Assembly (NCBI RefSeq): GCF_009914755.1
Contig: NC_060928.1
Direction: 5' to 3' (one strand)
Source: the human T2T-CHM13v2.0 reference genome, Homo sapiens
Length of the DNA: 64,000 nt
Positions 31,726 through 47,272 of this stretch are shown here, piece by piece. The stretch's first letter is position 1. Every line of letters starts with the position of its first letter. The notes under the pieces are model-generated. The model made no database searches, was not told the origin of the DNA, and was given only the letters and a program-made list of their open reading frames with translations. The translations under genes and the position numbers were made by a program.

Positions 31726-33429
31726 ATATATATGCATACATGCATACATTCAGACATAGATTTCCAGGTGTTTACAAAGCAATCTGTGCTAAGAGTCATG
31801 GTCTAGAGTTTCAAACATGGTTGTTGCACCAGTACCATTGCAACTGTACAGTGCTGGCCCAGTACTATGCATTGCCTTCAATCACCAGTGCATTTCTTAA
31901 TGCTTTTCTTGGTGTGACATAGGGAGCATCACCTGAAGTACTGAGCATCTTATATGAGCATCACCTGGAGTATTTGCTTGTGATGAATGCATATTCCCAG
32001 TCTTCACTGCAGACCTACAGACTCATAATCTCATAGGAGTAATAGGGCACGGTTATGCATTTAAAATCATTCCTCCAAGTTATTCTTATGCATTTCATTT
32101 TTATTTTTAATTGACAAATAAAAATGCACTACATTTTAAAACTTGAAGGCCCTACTTTGGACTTTGCCTTACTCTTCCCTATTTATCATTTTTTGAGCTT
32201 TATTCATGACCTACCTCCACTGCTTAATGCTGAGTATCCATTATCTCTTTTAAGCTTCACAAATGACAGCAGTCTTCATTTATAGGAGAGAAAATTAAGG
32301 CTGAGAAGAGGAAAATGAGTTGCCCCCAAGAGTTCACATTTAGAAACTGGAAAAACCTGTAACCAAACTTTGGTTTTTCTCAGAAAACTTTAAACCCTTT
32401 ACTCTTTCACACCTTATCCCTTCCAAGGACCAGTTCCTGGTCTCTCATTGTCCCATTGTCGCTATCTTCTAATATTTCCCTGTAATCATCGCAGTCACCA
32501 GATAATCACTGCCACCCGTCCCCAGACTCATCAACTGATGAACCACTATTTTCAATCATCTTTTCTTGAAATTTCCAGGGCTATTTGACTTCAGGTAAAG
32601 TTGACCGTCTCCACTTTAACCTGTTGAGACCAAGTCAGTCTTGAATGAGCTCCTCTACCCCCACCCTGGCTGTTGCATTTAATCTTTGCACCTCCCTCTG
32701 CCCATTTTGCCCAACTATAGAGGGAGACGAGGCCCTACCTGTGTCCCATCCCTTCTCACTACCTGAGCACCCTTCCTCCCAAGCTCATGCCCCCATCCTT
32801 GACTCTCTCCCTCTCCATGAGGTCTAATATGACCTTTGATTAAACATGCTTAAATTGTACCCCCACTTCCAAGTAATAACAGCTAAGTTTAAAAGCCGTG
32901 TTGCTTCTTCTTTCTTAAATATTATCTTATACCTATCCTTTGTATTTTTTCATCACCAGTTTTTTTCTTATCTCCCCTCTCCTCCCAATGCTGCTCTCCT
33001 TAAAGTTATCAAAAATCCATCTTCAGGCCAAATCCATTTGTCAATGTTCAGTTCCTCCTCAACACCTGCTTCATCTGACATTTAATCTCCTTAAACTCTC
33101 CCCTCCCTCAGCCTCAGCCTCTGGGTGATCAGTCTTTGTTTTCTTTTTCTTTTTATTTGTCTCTTCTCCAGTAAGTCCCTTAAACTTTTCTGACCCTTAG
33201 TATCTTTACCTTTAAAATAGAAAAAAAAAAAAACTAATTCAGGATGTTGTTATAGAGGCTCAACCAGGCAAAACCTACTTTGTGTATGTGCTCATTGAAC
33301 AGACATTTGTTGCACATCTCTTGTATGCACAGTACTGAGTTAAACACTGGGGTATAAAGATGACATTGACGCGGTCCCCAATGTTGAAGAACTGTAAATT
33401 GACTTGAAGAAACATGTTGACAATAACCC

Positions 33430-34860
33430 GGATGCTTTATTCATTCATTTATTAATTCAATTAATTTTGATCAAGTGCCTATAATATGTCAAGCAGTTAT
33501 CCAGGCACTGAAGATAAAACAGTGAACCAGTCTGAATAAATCACTGCCCTTGTGTAGCTTACATTTTAGTGACAAGAACCACATAGCAGGCTAGATAACA
33601 TCAGGGAACATAAATGCTAGCAAGGTAAAAAAAAAAATTAGGATAATAAAATACAGAGTTGTAGCAGTGAGATGTGCTAGAAGTGGGGTAAGAAACTACT
33701 TCTATGTGGAAATGACGTTAGTCCAAGTCCTAAATGATGACAAGAAGAATCAGATATTGAGAAAGTGTGCTATATGAGGAGGACACTGCAAGTACAAATT
33801 TCCTGGGGTTAAAATGAACTTAGCATATCAAACGGGCAGAAAGGAAGCCAAAGGAGCTTTCTGAACAGTGAAGAGAAAAGTGGCTCATGCCTGTAATATC
33901 AGCATTTGGGGAGGCCCACATTCCGGGAGGATGGCTTGAGCCAGGAGTTTGAGTCCAGCCTGGGCAACATAATGAGATCCCATCCCTGCTTAAAAAAAAA
34001 AAAAAAAAAGGACAAAGACAAAGAAAAAGGCAGGCATGGTGCACACCTGTAGTTCCAGCTACTGGGGAGGCTGAGGTGGGAGGATTGCTGGAGTCCAGGA
34101 GCTTAAGCTAGCAGTGAGCTATGATTATGCCATTGCACTTCAGCCTGGGTGACAGAGTAAGACAGTCTCAAGAAAAGAAAAAAAAGAGAGATAAGTAAGA
34201 GAATTTGGAGAGGTTTTGGATACCATGCTAATTAAGGAGTCTAGATTTAATTTTAATGCGAAGGAAAGCCACTGGGAGGTTTTAGGTAGGAGAATGTGGT
34301 AATCCAACAAATGCTTTAAAGATTATCTGAAAGCTGCATGGATAATTGATTGTGCTTTGGGAGCAGCAGAAACAGGATGACTACTTATGTCCACCTTAGT
34401 AGCTCAGGCAAGAGATGATGGCTGAGATTGGGCTGATGGCTGTGGAAATGGTGTGAAATGCTCAAATTTTGGTTGCTGAATGTGCTTTCTAAGGTCTCTC
34501 TATATGCGTACTTGTTGTTTTCCATTTTACCTATCAGAATTTATATTTTTTGAGCACTAGGACTTTGCTTTGGTCATTTTTCCATGCCACAATCGCTAGA
34601 ACAGTGCCTGACACACAGTAGGTGCTAAATAAATAAACATTTGTTGAATTAAAGAATGAATAGCTTGCATGTGGATGCTGAGATAAACTCTTAAATTTGG
34701 GGCTTGAGCACTTTCATTGACAGTGTGTCATCAACTGAGATGGGAAAGACTAAAAAAGGCACAAGTTTGTGAATAAAAAGCAAGAGTTCCACTTTTGGCA
34801 TGTTCGATTTGAGACGTCTCTTGAGAGCAGACACTTCTATACACATGTCTGGAGCTCAGG
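33430..34860 (-). mobile_element. L2 fragments, interrupted by an AluJ and other pieces
   Basis: TTCATTCATTTATTAATTCAA antisense 3' end; GGAAAGCCACTGGGAGGTTTTAGG...GAGTTCCACTTTTGGCATGTT. Confidence 0.6.
33880..34185 (+). mobile_element. AluJ-like
   Basis: GGATGGCTTGAGCCAGGAG, GCAGTGAGCTATGATT. Confidence 0.88.
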
Positions 34861-34924
34861 GCCTGATATTTTTTTCATTCATTCATGTTTTGTTTCCCTA
34901 TTTGCTGTGAAAGCTTGGCAAGAC

Positions 34925-35440
<516 letters not shown>

Positions 35441-36933
35441 TAAAACACTGCCAGACATAGCCATAAGAAAGAGCTGAACATGATTTGGGGCAGCTATGCA
35501 AAGTAGCAAGCCGTTCTGATTGTTTTTTCTTGCCTCTCATCAAATCTCTCTTTATCATTTGAACTTTCTTAGCTGCTTTACTTTGTCCTTAGAATCAAAT
35601 ATTTTCTCTTCTTTTAAATTATGTAACTATGGTTAACAGCAGAACTTTAAAAAAAATTAGCCTTTCCAAACACTTTCTCATCTGTCACTTAATTTTAGCT
35701 TCTGAGAGCTATGAAACAGTAGGGATGGGAATTCTAGCCCCACTTCACATACAAATATATGTAGGCAAAATCCCATTAGGTGATTTATTGATGATCACAT
35801 AAATTTAGGTAGATTTGAGACATAAAAAACATTGACCTCAAGCTTTACTCTTAACACTGATACTACCGAGTAAACAGTAGGTGCTCAATACATATTTAAT
35901 GACTAAGTGAATGATTCCTCAAATAGATGCTGCAGGATTCAAGAAAATGCAAATTTACTTTATCATGTATGTACGCGTGGAAACCAGAATACTACGTGAC
36001 CCCGACCTTTTCTTTAATTGGACACCCACTTCCAAGCTCTACCCATATTATCCAGCAATATGGGAATTTTATGAGGGAGGCAGATTATAACCTAAAGTTA
36101 TGAATAATCAGTTTCTTATATCTTTAAGACAATAATTGATATAGTGTGCTCTAATTCTTAATGTGGCTACACTTCTCATTCTGTCAATTACTTGTGCATT
36201 TGAAAACAGAGGTCAGTGTTCCATGTCCTGACCTCTGTTTTGAATTACTTGAAGAAGGCAAAAAACTGGTGATGCTGAGACTGATTCTTGCCAATGTTAT
36301 CTGTCTCTCTTTATTTTAAAACTTAAATCGCTTCCCTACCCCTACTGGAATGCTTTTAGCCTATCGTACCCATGATAATAATGAAACATTCCTACATTTG
36401 CATAAAGCTGTCTCATTTAGCTTAGCTTAGACACAGATTTTAAAAAACCCAGTAGACATTGAAACATAGCTAGAATACGGAAACATTAATGATGTCAATA
36501 ATAATAATAATAGAAAACATTTTTTGAATGTTCACTATGTTCCAACCACTGGGATGCTGGATGTGGATGGTAACATTTACCCGGGATGTGAAGGACTTAC
36601 TATTTTTCGTATTTCACAGATGGTCAAGCTATAGCTCAGAGAGTTTAAATACTTTTCACGTCATACTGATAGTTCATAGTGAAGCTGTGATTTGAATCCA
36701 GGACTGTCAGACTCCAAAACCCATGGCATTCACCACTTTTCCACTTCAAGACTGTCAGCCTCCAAAATTTATGGTATGAACTACTTTCCCACTCCTACCT
36801 CATTAAAACAATTAGCATTACATCCGTGAATGCCTGTCATCTGTGTTAACAACTCAGGCAATGAGAAGACTGGCCTAGTTCATGTGGTCAAATACAGTGG
36901 GTCTATTTTAATTATACTCATGCTCCATTGGGT

Positions 36934-37020
36934 CACATGGACATAAATACATCTGGTTAGAGTTTTTTTGTTTATGCCTTCAATTACCTGGTTTAAAGCC
37001 TAGTCACAAACATGCTCCAG
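36934..37020 (+). repeat. Local direct duplication, copy 1 (partner 38127-38211)
   Basis: Shared ATGCCTTCAATTACCTGG and CTAGTCACAAACATGC; about 80-85% identity by eye. Confidence 0.85.
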
Positions 37021-37456
37021 CTCTTTCATTATGGTGGTTGGCCATCTCAAGTTTTTACACCATTTAATCCTACCTCCAATCTTTGTTTTTCACCAGCTTC
37101 TCCAGTCCCTTTCTGCCATTGGCTACTGGTTGTATGCTGGAACTCTTGTTATTACAGAAAAAAACACATTTTCAGCTTCTATTGCATAGCAGGCCTATTT
37201 TGAGCATGATGGATACAGCAATGAAGAAAAGCATTACCTTTTCTAAAGTGCCTTACGGTCAGGTGGGGACGAGAGACATGTAAACAAATAAGGCATTCAG
37301 TTTTTCCATATTTTAGCCTCAGCTCTTTGCAACTTGTCTTGGCTGTCACCCTGGGTGTCAGCTGCGCAGGTTCTTTCCAACAAAAGAAACTCCTGCTTCT
37401 CCTTCTATCAAAGGGAACACTATCCTGCTGATTGAAAGTTTGGCAAAGCGCCCAAG

Positions 37457-37458
<2 letters not shown>

Positions 37459-37500
<42 letters not shown>
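37459..37500. repeat. (TG)21 microsatellite
   Basis: Pure dinucleotide run. Confidence 0.97.
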
Positions 37501-37501
<1 letters not shown>

Positions 37502-38126
37502 ACGTGCGCTTATGTGCATTGTGCAATGTCTAAACACTCAAACAGGATATTTGGAACAGAACTGTGTGATTGTTTCTTATCAGACCTCTTTATAAGTGAC
37601 CAATTTAAAGCTGAAGATGCATTAAAACACAGGCTTCAGGTGATCATCTGTAATTTAAACGGAGAAGGTGAGATGGTCAGGAATTTAGTTCTGAGAGTTT
37701 TGACCTTATCATCAATAGAAATGAGCGTTTATGGTCTTTCTATTTAGGAAAGAGTCTCTGGCTTTAAGCGGCTATGCCTTACTGTGCTTTCATAAAAGGT
37801 CAATTTGAAACATTCTGGGCTTTTAATGTACCAATGAATTACGGGCAAAAGCCTTTATCCTAAAACTATTAGATAAAAATTATATCTTTAGTTTTGGGAT
37901 AATATGAAGAGGCAAAGCCTTCTTCAGGGGACTATACATAGCTATTTATAAGTATTCGTGATTGCTGTATTGCACAGTACTGTTAATTTAAGGCAAACAT
38001 TTTTGCGTTGTTTAGGATTTTTGAATGACATGCCCATGACGTAGTTTGCGAGAAAGGGAAAACACTTGGATGTAGGGCTTGAGATGAACTTCGGACTCTT
38101 CCAGCGGCCAAGTGTAAATGTTAGGC

Positions 38127-38211
38127 CACATGAGCATAAACACATCTGGCTGGAACTTTTCTTAATGCCTTCAATTACCTGGCTTTAAGACTAGTCACAA
38201 ACATGCACCAG
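38127..38211 (+). repeat. Local direct duplication, copy 2 (partner 36934-37020)
   Basis: Same shared blocks as copy 1. Confidence 0.85.
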
Positions 38212-39169
38212 TTCTGATGTCCATAGTAGACAGAGCTTATCTACTAGGGTACATTATTTTGCTGAATCCAGAGATAGTCTCAGAATCCTTCTCAGCACAG
38301 TGCTTCAGACATTCACTGATGATGTAGGTAAGTGGGCCCATGAGATGGAATATTTTTGTCATTCCAACTATAATTCAAACTCTTTTCGTTTACAGAGGAC
38401 AAGACTGATATTCCTAATGGTGATGTGACTTATTTAAGATCAAACAGATAAGCAGTCAAGTTGTCACTACAGCCAAGGATACACACTGCTTCTACTTCTT
38501 GGCCCAAGTGCTTTGAAAAAGGGAATCATTTTAGGCAAGGAGACGTTTTCTGACTGAGTTGTCAGCTCTTCTTTTCAGCTAAACATTTATATTAAGAGAT
38601 TTCCATTGGCAGAGCCCCTTCTCACCCCCATGATGATCCTAGAATTTAACAGCCGGTTTTGGAGTTCACTGTGTCTAATATTGTCTGCTCTTATTTTTGC
38701 AGAGGCTATTCTATTTCCATAGAAGGCTTGATTATAAAATCACACAGTATAGAAAATAGTTGTGTAAAAAACCTTCAACAGAAACACTGAAGGGACTCTG
38801 GCTTTAAATCAATGCTTGGCTTTAAATAGGGAAGCAAATATCATTGCGTAAAAAAGATAACTAAAATATGACTCATTGCTGGGAGAAAAGGGGATACTTT
38901 TGAGAAAAGATTTCTTTAAGATTATGTCTTACAGAGCTGCTTACACATCATACAGAGTATTAGAATGGTTTCATTACTACAAGTTAAGAGTCAGATTAGA
39001 ATAATCATTAAAAGGGAATTCCCTGTATTAAAACCACCACCTTCCACTGAATCAATTACACTCCTGTGTCATGAACATCACCAAGAATCCTAGATTCAAC
39101 ACAGCATTGAAAGCTGGCATGAAGATTATTTATTAACCTTAGCATTATCCCAATTTGACTTGTCTTACT

Positions 39170-40570
39170 AATTTTTGTTTCATCCAGTCTCACTAATGGT
39201 CACCCCATTCTCCCAGTCACTATACCCAGAAACCCAAATATTATGTTCGACTTCTTTCATTCTCTCCCTCATACACCTAATCTATTAAGTCCTATTGGCT
39301 CTACGTCTACAATACAAGCTAGTGCCATCAACCTCTTCCCATCTTCATTATTCCCCCACCCTAGTTAATGCTACTGTCACTTCTCCCCAGACTATAAAAT
39401 AAATTACAGAATGACAGCCCTGCTTCTCCTCTTTCCTTCCACTCCAATTTACACTTCTCATGGTGGTTAGACTGATTTTCCTACAACCTGAATCAGATAA
39501 TGTCACTCCAATGCCTGAAATTTTCAAATAGCAACTGACTGCAATCTGAATCAATACAAACTCCTTTAGATAGCTTACAAATTTCTGGACCCTGCACATT
39601 TCCCCAGTCTTATCTCATAATGTTCTTCTGTTCACTCACCATGCTCCCAACAGATACATCCTTTCAATATTTTAAACGCATGCTCTTTCCTATCGCAATG
39701 ACTTCCCATAAACAGTTCCTTTTTATTTATTTTTTTTGAAAACCTTTTTCCCCTTTCTACACAAGAGTGGATCCTGCTCATCTTTCAGGTCTTGGTTTTG
39801 ATGTCATCTCATCAGATACCACCCCTCCACACCCCATAGCAGATGCTTTCAATACTCTGCTCATATCACCTTGGGTTGCCCTCTTATCTTCCTGAACATG
39901 AATATTCACTCCCAACTGCCAGCATCTGTGTCTCTTTGTTGGAGGATGACCTTCAGGCTTCCAGAATGCCTTTGACTGTACATGGAGAGCCTGAAGTGGC
40001 TGTGGATTTGTATCCCGCTTCACCCCAGAGTGCAGCCTTAGCCAACGACTGATGGATGAGGAGTATAAATGCTCCAGCTTCCTGGCTTCATGATGGATTT
40101 AGCTCTGCAATTGAAATGTACTTCCCTTACATCTTCCCTGCAGGATTGAGCCAGTTATCCTCTGAGGATCTTTGCTTGATATTGTGTTCTTATTTATTCT
40201 CCTTCCCTTTCTGGACCTATTTTTTACTTCCCTACCACTTCTCTGGGAGCAATTTCTAATAAATCACATTGACACAAAATCTCATCTCAGGATCTGCTTC
40301 TGCAAAAGCACGCTAAGAGACAACTCCAACTTTTACTCAATTACTCTCCATCAGTGAATCCCATTTATTTTATTCCAAGCATTTATCAAAAACTGTTGTT
40401 ATATATTGAATTTCTTGTTCACTTGTCTATATCTCTCATTCAACTGTGAACAAACTGAGGACATGGACTGTATCCTTTTAAAACTAGTATACCTCCAGCA
40501 CCTAGCACACTGTTTGGACATAGTAGTTGCCTAACTAATGTTTATTTTTAAGAGTGAATGAATAAATAAC
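39170..40570 (+). mobile_element. L2 fragment, interrupted by LTR16
   Basis: AATCAGATAATGTCACTCC; ends with TGAATGAATAAAT. Confidence 0.65.
39870..40320 (+). mobile_element. LTR16C-like ERVL solo LTR
   Basis: CCAGCATCTGTGTCTCTTTG, GGAGTATAAATGCTCCAGC, CTAATAAATCAC...ATCTCAGGATCTGCTTCTG. Confidence 0.7.
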
Positions 40571-40916
40571 AAAATCCTTCCTGGTCCCCCTGTTCATCCA
40601 GGCTGAATTCCTTCTTCCTGCTCTGGTTTCCATGATGTCCATCAAGTAGCTTCTGATCAGAATTCAGGTTTTCATGGAGCTTGACTATAAGGGTAGCATA
40701 TCTTGGTCACACTGACATGAGTAATTGGTCCATATGATAATTCTCCTTGTTGTAATATGCCGTTCTCCTTTGAGAATACACTATATGCCAGGCAGCACTA
40801 AGGTAGAGACACAATATTTTATTAAATCCTAGCAAACAGCTTTGTGAGGAAGATACATTACCTTTGTTTTTCAGAAGAGAAAACTAATATTCAGAGCTAA
40901 GGAATGTGCCCAAGGT

Positions 40917-41024
40917 CATCCAAATGGTTAGTGGCGAAGGCTGTATTAGAATCCAAGAGTGACTGCAAACCCGTGTTCTTAACCTTCATCACGCCACCTC
41001 TGTTCTATGTGAAGTTTACTTAGC
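40917..41024 (+). repeat. Local direct duplication, copy 1 (MIR end plus flank; partner 41605-41712)
   Basis: CATCCAAAT.GTTAGTGG...CTATGTGAAGTTT.CTTAGC in both copies; about 85% identity. Confidence 0.85.
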
Positions 41025-41251
41025 TTCTTGAGCCATTCTCTTGGGAATAATTAAGTTAAAAGACTAAGCTTCTGGGCCTTCAAAGTAGAGGGCCAAATCC
41101 TAGAATGTTATGACTTATTTGAGCCACTACTCAGCTCCAGCTGGCCTTGACCTTCAAATCGGCACCACCACTTTCTGTTCCTGCCAGAGCCGGTGCTCTA
41201 AGACAACTTGTATAACTCTAAATGTATAGCCAACTTTCTGTTTAATTTTTT

Positions 41252-41533
41252 AATTTTATTTTTTGCGACAGGGTCTCACTGTGTCATGCAGGCTAGAGTG
41301 ATCGTAGCTCACTATGGACTCCAACTCCTGGCTCAAGTGATCCTCACCCTCAGCCCCCTGAGCTTCTGGGACTAGAGGCATGCACCACCATGCCTGACTA
41401 ATTAAATTTTTTTTCTTTTTTTGGTAGAGATGAGATTTCACTGTGTTTTCCAAGCTGGTCTGGAATTCCTGGCCTTAAGCACCTTAGACTCCCAAAGTGC
41501 TGGGATTACAGGTGTGAGCCACCATGCCCAGCC
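41252..41533 (-). mobile_element. AluJ-like
   Basis: ACAGGGTCTCACT...GGCTCAAGTGATCCTC; followed by (TA)(TG)n. Confidence 0.88.
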
Positions 41534-41604
41534 CAATATATATATACGTGTGTGTGTGTGTGTGTGTGTGTATCCTTATCTGTGGTAGACATTGGCTATA
41601 TAGC

Positions 41605-41712
41605 CATCCAAATCGTTAGTGGTGAAGGCTCTATTGAATCCAAGTCTGACTGCAAAGCTCATGTTCTTAAACCTCATCATGCAGCCTCTGTCCTATGTGA
41701 AGTTTGCTTAGC
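41605..41712 (+). repeat. Local direct duplication, copy 2 (partner 40917-41024)
   Basis: Same shared blocks as copy 1. Confidence 0.85.
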
Positions 41713-42394
41713 AAACTCTACACATCCCAATTTCTACCACAGAGAATGGAGGCTAAAGAGTTGTTCTGATATTCAGCAATCTACAAATAAATTTTCAGCT
41801 GATGGTCAAAAGAGACAACAGTCTGGAAAACATGAAAAGCCAAAGGAATGACTTAGGAATAGAAATAATTCACTAATTTATTCAATTAATGATATTTATC
41901 CAACATCTAGATATGCCAAGTATGCACTTGATACAAGAAAGACAAAGCAAAATGAGAATCAGAAAGGGTCCTTACAACACTGGCATGGAGATGATTAGCA
42001 TGGTGGTTAGGAACGTGATGTAGAGGCTGAGAGTTCATGTTTAGACAACTCACTGCTGAACTGGAATGCAGGCTCTGTCTCTTCCTTACTGGCTGTGTTA
42101 TTTAATCTGTGCCACATTTATTCCTGTGTAAAATGAGGATGAAAATACTACACCCACCATGCTCATCAAGGTGTCCTAAAGATTAAATGACTTAATGTTT
42201 ATAAAGTTTTTGGAGCAGTCTCTGACACATATGATAGCCATGTAAGTTTGTTCAATAAACAAAGCAGAGATTGGAGCTAAAATAAAATAAATGAAAGATA
42301 TTATGGGGATGCAGAAAAGAGAAACTTAGCCTGGCGAGAAGGTGCAAAAACCAGAAAAGGATCACAAAGATGTAACATTTAAAGCGGGTCTTAA

Positions 42395-42743
<349 letters not shown>

Positions 42744-44059
42744 TCACCAATGAAAGAAGTGAGAGGAAAAAAAAGAGGGAGACAGGCCCCAGCACCAGCA
42801 CAGGCAAAAGCAGGCAGGAGGGAAGCTACTGGTTGTTTACCTGAATGTGTTTGCATAAGAAGTGAGAGGATGGGGAGTGATGAGATATTAGGTTATTGCT
42901 TAAAAGGAATTAGGACATTAAGGGCCTTGGGAAGCAATAAAGAAGTTTGACTTCATGTTATCTAGAAGTAACTTTAAGAAAATTTTAAGTAAAAATAATT
43001 TCACGATCGGAGTTACAAACTACAAAGTCCACTCTGGCCACAGTATGGAAGATGGCTTTTGTTGAGTGAAGTCATCCACTTACCGAGTTGCCAGATTAAG
43101 CCAGGTAAGAATGACAGGAGCCTTAAATAATGAACTATCACTGGAAAGTATATTTATAGGAAATAATAGCAACAGACAAGCCAATTTTGTTTTCAATGGT
43201 CAAATTAGCAGTAGTTCATTTTGAATAAAGTTATTGACCTCTGAGGCAAAGAGATAGAATCATAATGGAAAATAAGTTCCACAATCAGAAGTCAGCACTC
43301 CAAATTAAAAGCCAGTCTTCACCTATTTGATGGGTGGAAGGACACTTAAACAATCACTGTTTGTTTCTGACTTTTGAACACATCAAAGAAAGCATCAATT
43401 TTTATGTTACCTGAGACACTGAAGAAACAATTACATATTTAAAAGGGCTAAGGAACTTTGCAAAGTGTCTATAAACAAGGTAATTATTCAGAATTAATTC
43501 AGTAAGACCATAATAATGATTGTTACAATTTCTTGAGCACTTGCTCATTTCCATTGTGCTAGCAATTTACATATATTATCTCATTTATATTATTATCTCA
43601 CAATAATTCAATAAGGTAGGTACTATCAGTCCCATTTAACAGATGAAAAATGGGGGTTTAAAGAGATTTAGATACTCACTTAAATGTCAAGAGGTAGAGC
43701 AGAAAACCCAAGTCTTTCCACATGTACAGAGCCCACACTGATAACATCTGTGGTATCAGTTCTCACTGTGAATTTATTTGAACTCAGACATTCTTTTTAA
43801 GGAAATAAAAATGCAACTTTACGAAGCGTACAATGGAGAGTAAAGAGGATGCTTTTCCTATTATAGTCATTTTTGCACAAATTATCCTTCTCACTTTTCA
43901 TATACTAATGATGTTTTCACTGAGGCTGAGCATTTGACTAAAGTAACAAATTATTCCTTAAAAACAAAATGCCAAGGAAACAAAAAAAAACATGAAAATA
44001 CATTGAGGACAACTCAGACTGTCAATTTGATAGCAGTTACCTGTTAACAGAAAGGGTTA

Positions 44060-44690
44060 TACTATAGTGATGACAACTTGGATTCCCTGGATTTAGCCAG
44101 AATGGAATGTGACTCTCAGCTCTATTATTTACAAACTGGGCAAAAACTTATGGCTAAAGCTAAGAAGTAAAAAATGAGGACGTTTGACCTAGGCTAAAGT
44201 GCATGTGGGGTGTATCTATTAGGCAGAAGGAGCTGCATCTGCGAATGTCCCAAGTACAGGTAGATCTTGTCTTAATTATAAACCTACAAGTACTTCAGCA
44301 TAGCTGGAAAATAAAGCACACAAGATGGTGTGTCAAGAGGTTAAACCAGAACAATGGCAGAGGCCTTGGACACCATGGTAAGGAGCCTGCCCATGGTTTT
44401 ATAGGGGAGAGTGATGCAATCATAATTTGGCTATAGTGAGGAAGAAGGACTGGAAAGCTACTAGAAAGGTAAGGAAACATCTTAAGACATTGCCTTAACG
44501 ATCCAAGTGAAACGTGGTTAGCTAAGGTCTTGGGCTAGTCACGTAGTCTATGTCTCAGTTTCCTTATCTGTAAAATGAGATGACAGCTGCTATAATGTAG
44601 GTTATGTGTGAGATTGAATGAGATGATATGGTCAAAGTGCCCAGCTCAGCTATGACCACTGTAAATAGAACGATGTGATGCTTGATGAAC
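44060..44690 (+). mobile_element. MIR split by a 390-bp insertion
   Basis: CTCAGCTCTATTATTTACAAACTGGG | insert | GGTCTTGGGCTAGTCAC...CTCAGTTTCCTTATCTGTAAAATG. Confidence 0.7.
44136..44525 (+). repeat. 390-bp local direct duplication, derived copy (donor 46413-46800)
   Basis: About 33 substitutions and 2 indels by manual alignment (~91%); 63-nt identical block. Confidence 0.95.
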
Positions 44691-44936
44691 ACAATGGATG
44701 CTGACTCAAGTTTATATTTCTTTCAAATATGACTGACTCAAAAATGTCATGTTGTTAAAATTTGTCCAGCTAGAAGAATATTCATAGTGACAGTCCTCTA
44801 CTGTTTAATGTGTATTTTAATTGAATTTGTTTCTTATTGAAGAGTGCATTAAGCTGCCTTTTAATTCTCTCATGACAATAATACCATGGTGTTATGTTTG
44901 ACTAACCTCGGGTCCTGCATGAATAAAGGTAGATTA

Positions 44937-45695
<759 letters not shown>

Positions 45696-46279
45696 CTAAA
45701 TTTTACAACATTATAAAAGGTCACTTTTAATGATTTAGGCCTTTCATGTATCAATCTTTCTACATTAACATTTTCTGGAATTTCAACATCAGAGTTTTCT
45801 TAAACTAAGTGAATAAATATTCAAGTCTCTGTGTATTTTGAAATGACTCTTTGCATAATAATGTTTTTATATGAAAATGGAGTCTCTGGGTGCACATAAA
45901 CAGGTTTTACTGATCTTTTAATGGAACCAACTGAAGCACAGAGGCCTTTAATATCAAACACAGTGCTCTCAATGTTTATAAATATTTGTATAGGGATGCC
46001 ACTTCCCGTTTTAATATTTTGTTACTTTAACACCAGTACCACTGTTTCCTCTCATTAATTAGCTATTGATGTTTTCTAAAATTAACTTTGCAGACAGTGT
46101 TCACTGACAGAGTTCTAAACTAATGAGTCTGACTTTGTCTTGAGGGAGGCAGAGGAGGGGAGGTGGTCACAGACATGCAAGGAGACAGTGTTGCTTTCTG
46201 CTTCAACACTTCAAGGGGCAGAGGAACATTTCTTTTACATGTGGCCTTTGAGCCTGTGAGGCATTTGAGCAAGGAACAC

Positions 46280-46870
46280 CTCATTCACCAATATTTTCCA
46301 AACACATTTTAAAACCCATGTGCTAAGGGTTTTGATAGAGATGGTATTGGGTGCTATGGGAAGACACCCAAGACCCACCTAGTCCAGTCCTGGCAACGGT
46401 CAAGAAAACTTCCTGGGCAAAACTATGGCTAAAGCCAAGACGTAAAGAATGAGGATGTTTGACCTAGGCTAAGGTGCATGTGGGGTGTGTCTATCAGGCA
46501 GGAGGAGCTACATCTGCAAATGTCCCAAGTACAGGTAGATCTTGTCTTAATTATAAACCTACAAGTACTTCAGCATAGCTGAAAAATAAAGCACACAAGA
46601 TGGTATGTCAAGGGGTTAAGCCAGAACAGTGGAAGAGGCCTTGTATACCATGGTAAGGAGCCTGCCCATGGTTTTATAGAGGAGAGTGATATAATCACAA
46701 TTTGGCTATAGTGAGAAAGAAGGACTGGAAAGCTACTAAAAAGGTGAGAAAACATCTTGAGAGGTTTCCTTAATGATCCAAGTGAAACATGGTTTGCTAA
46801 TGATAGAAGAGACAGAGAAGATGTATTGAGACAAAGTAAATTAGGATATCTAATAGACAGAGTTTGCCTA
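46280..46870 (-). mobile_element. Degenerate L2-like fragment containing the donor copy 46413-46800
   Basis: GGGTGCTATGGGAAG...AAGAAAACTTCCTGG...CCATGGTAAGGAG...ATCCAAGTGAAA..ATGGT. Confidence 0.5.
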
Positions 46871-46874
46871 TTGA

Positions 46875-47272
<398 letters not shown>

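Noticed and set aside
31924-31972. Micro-duplication GAGCATCACCTG(A/G)AGTA
   Set aside because: Ordinary short slippage-type duplication inside a MER5-like relic.
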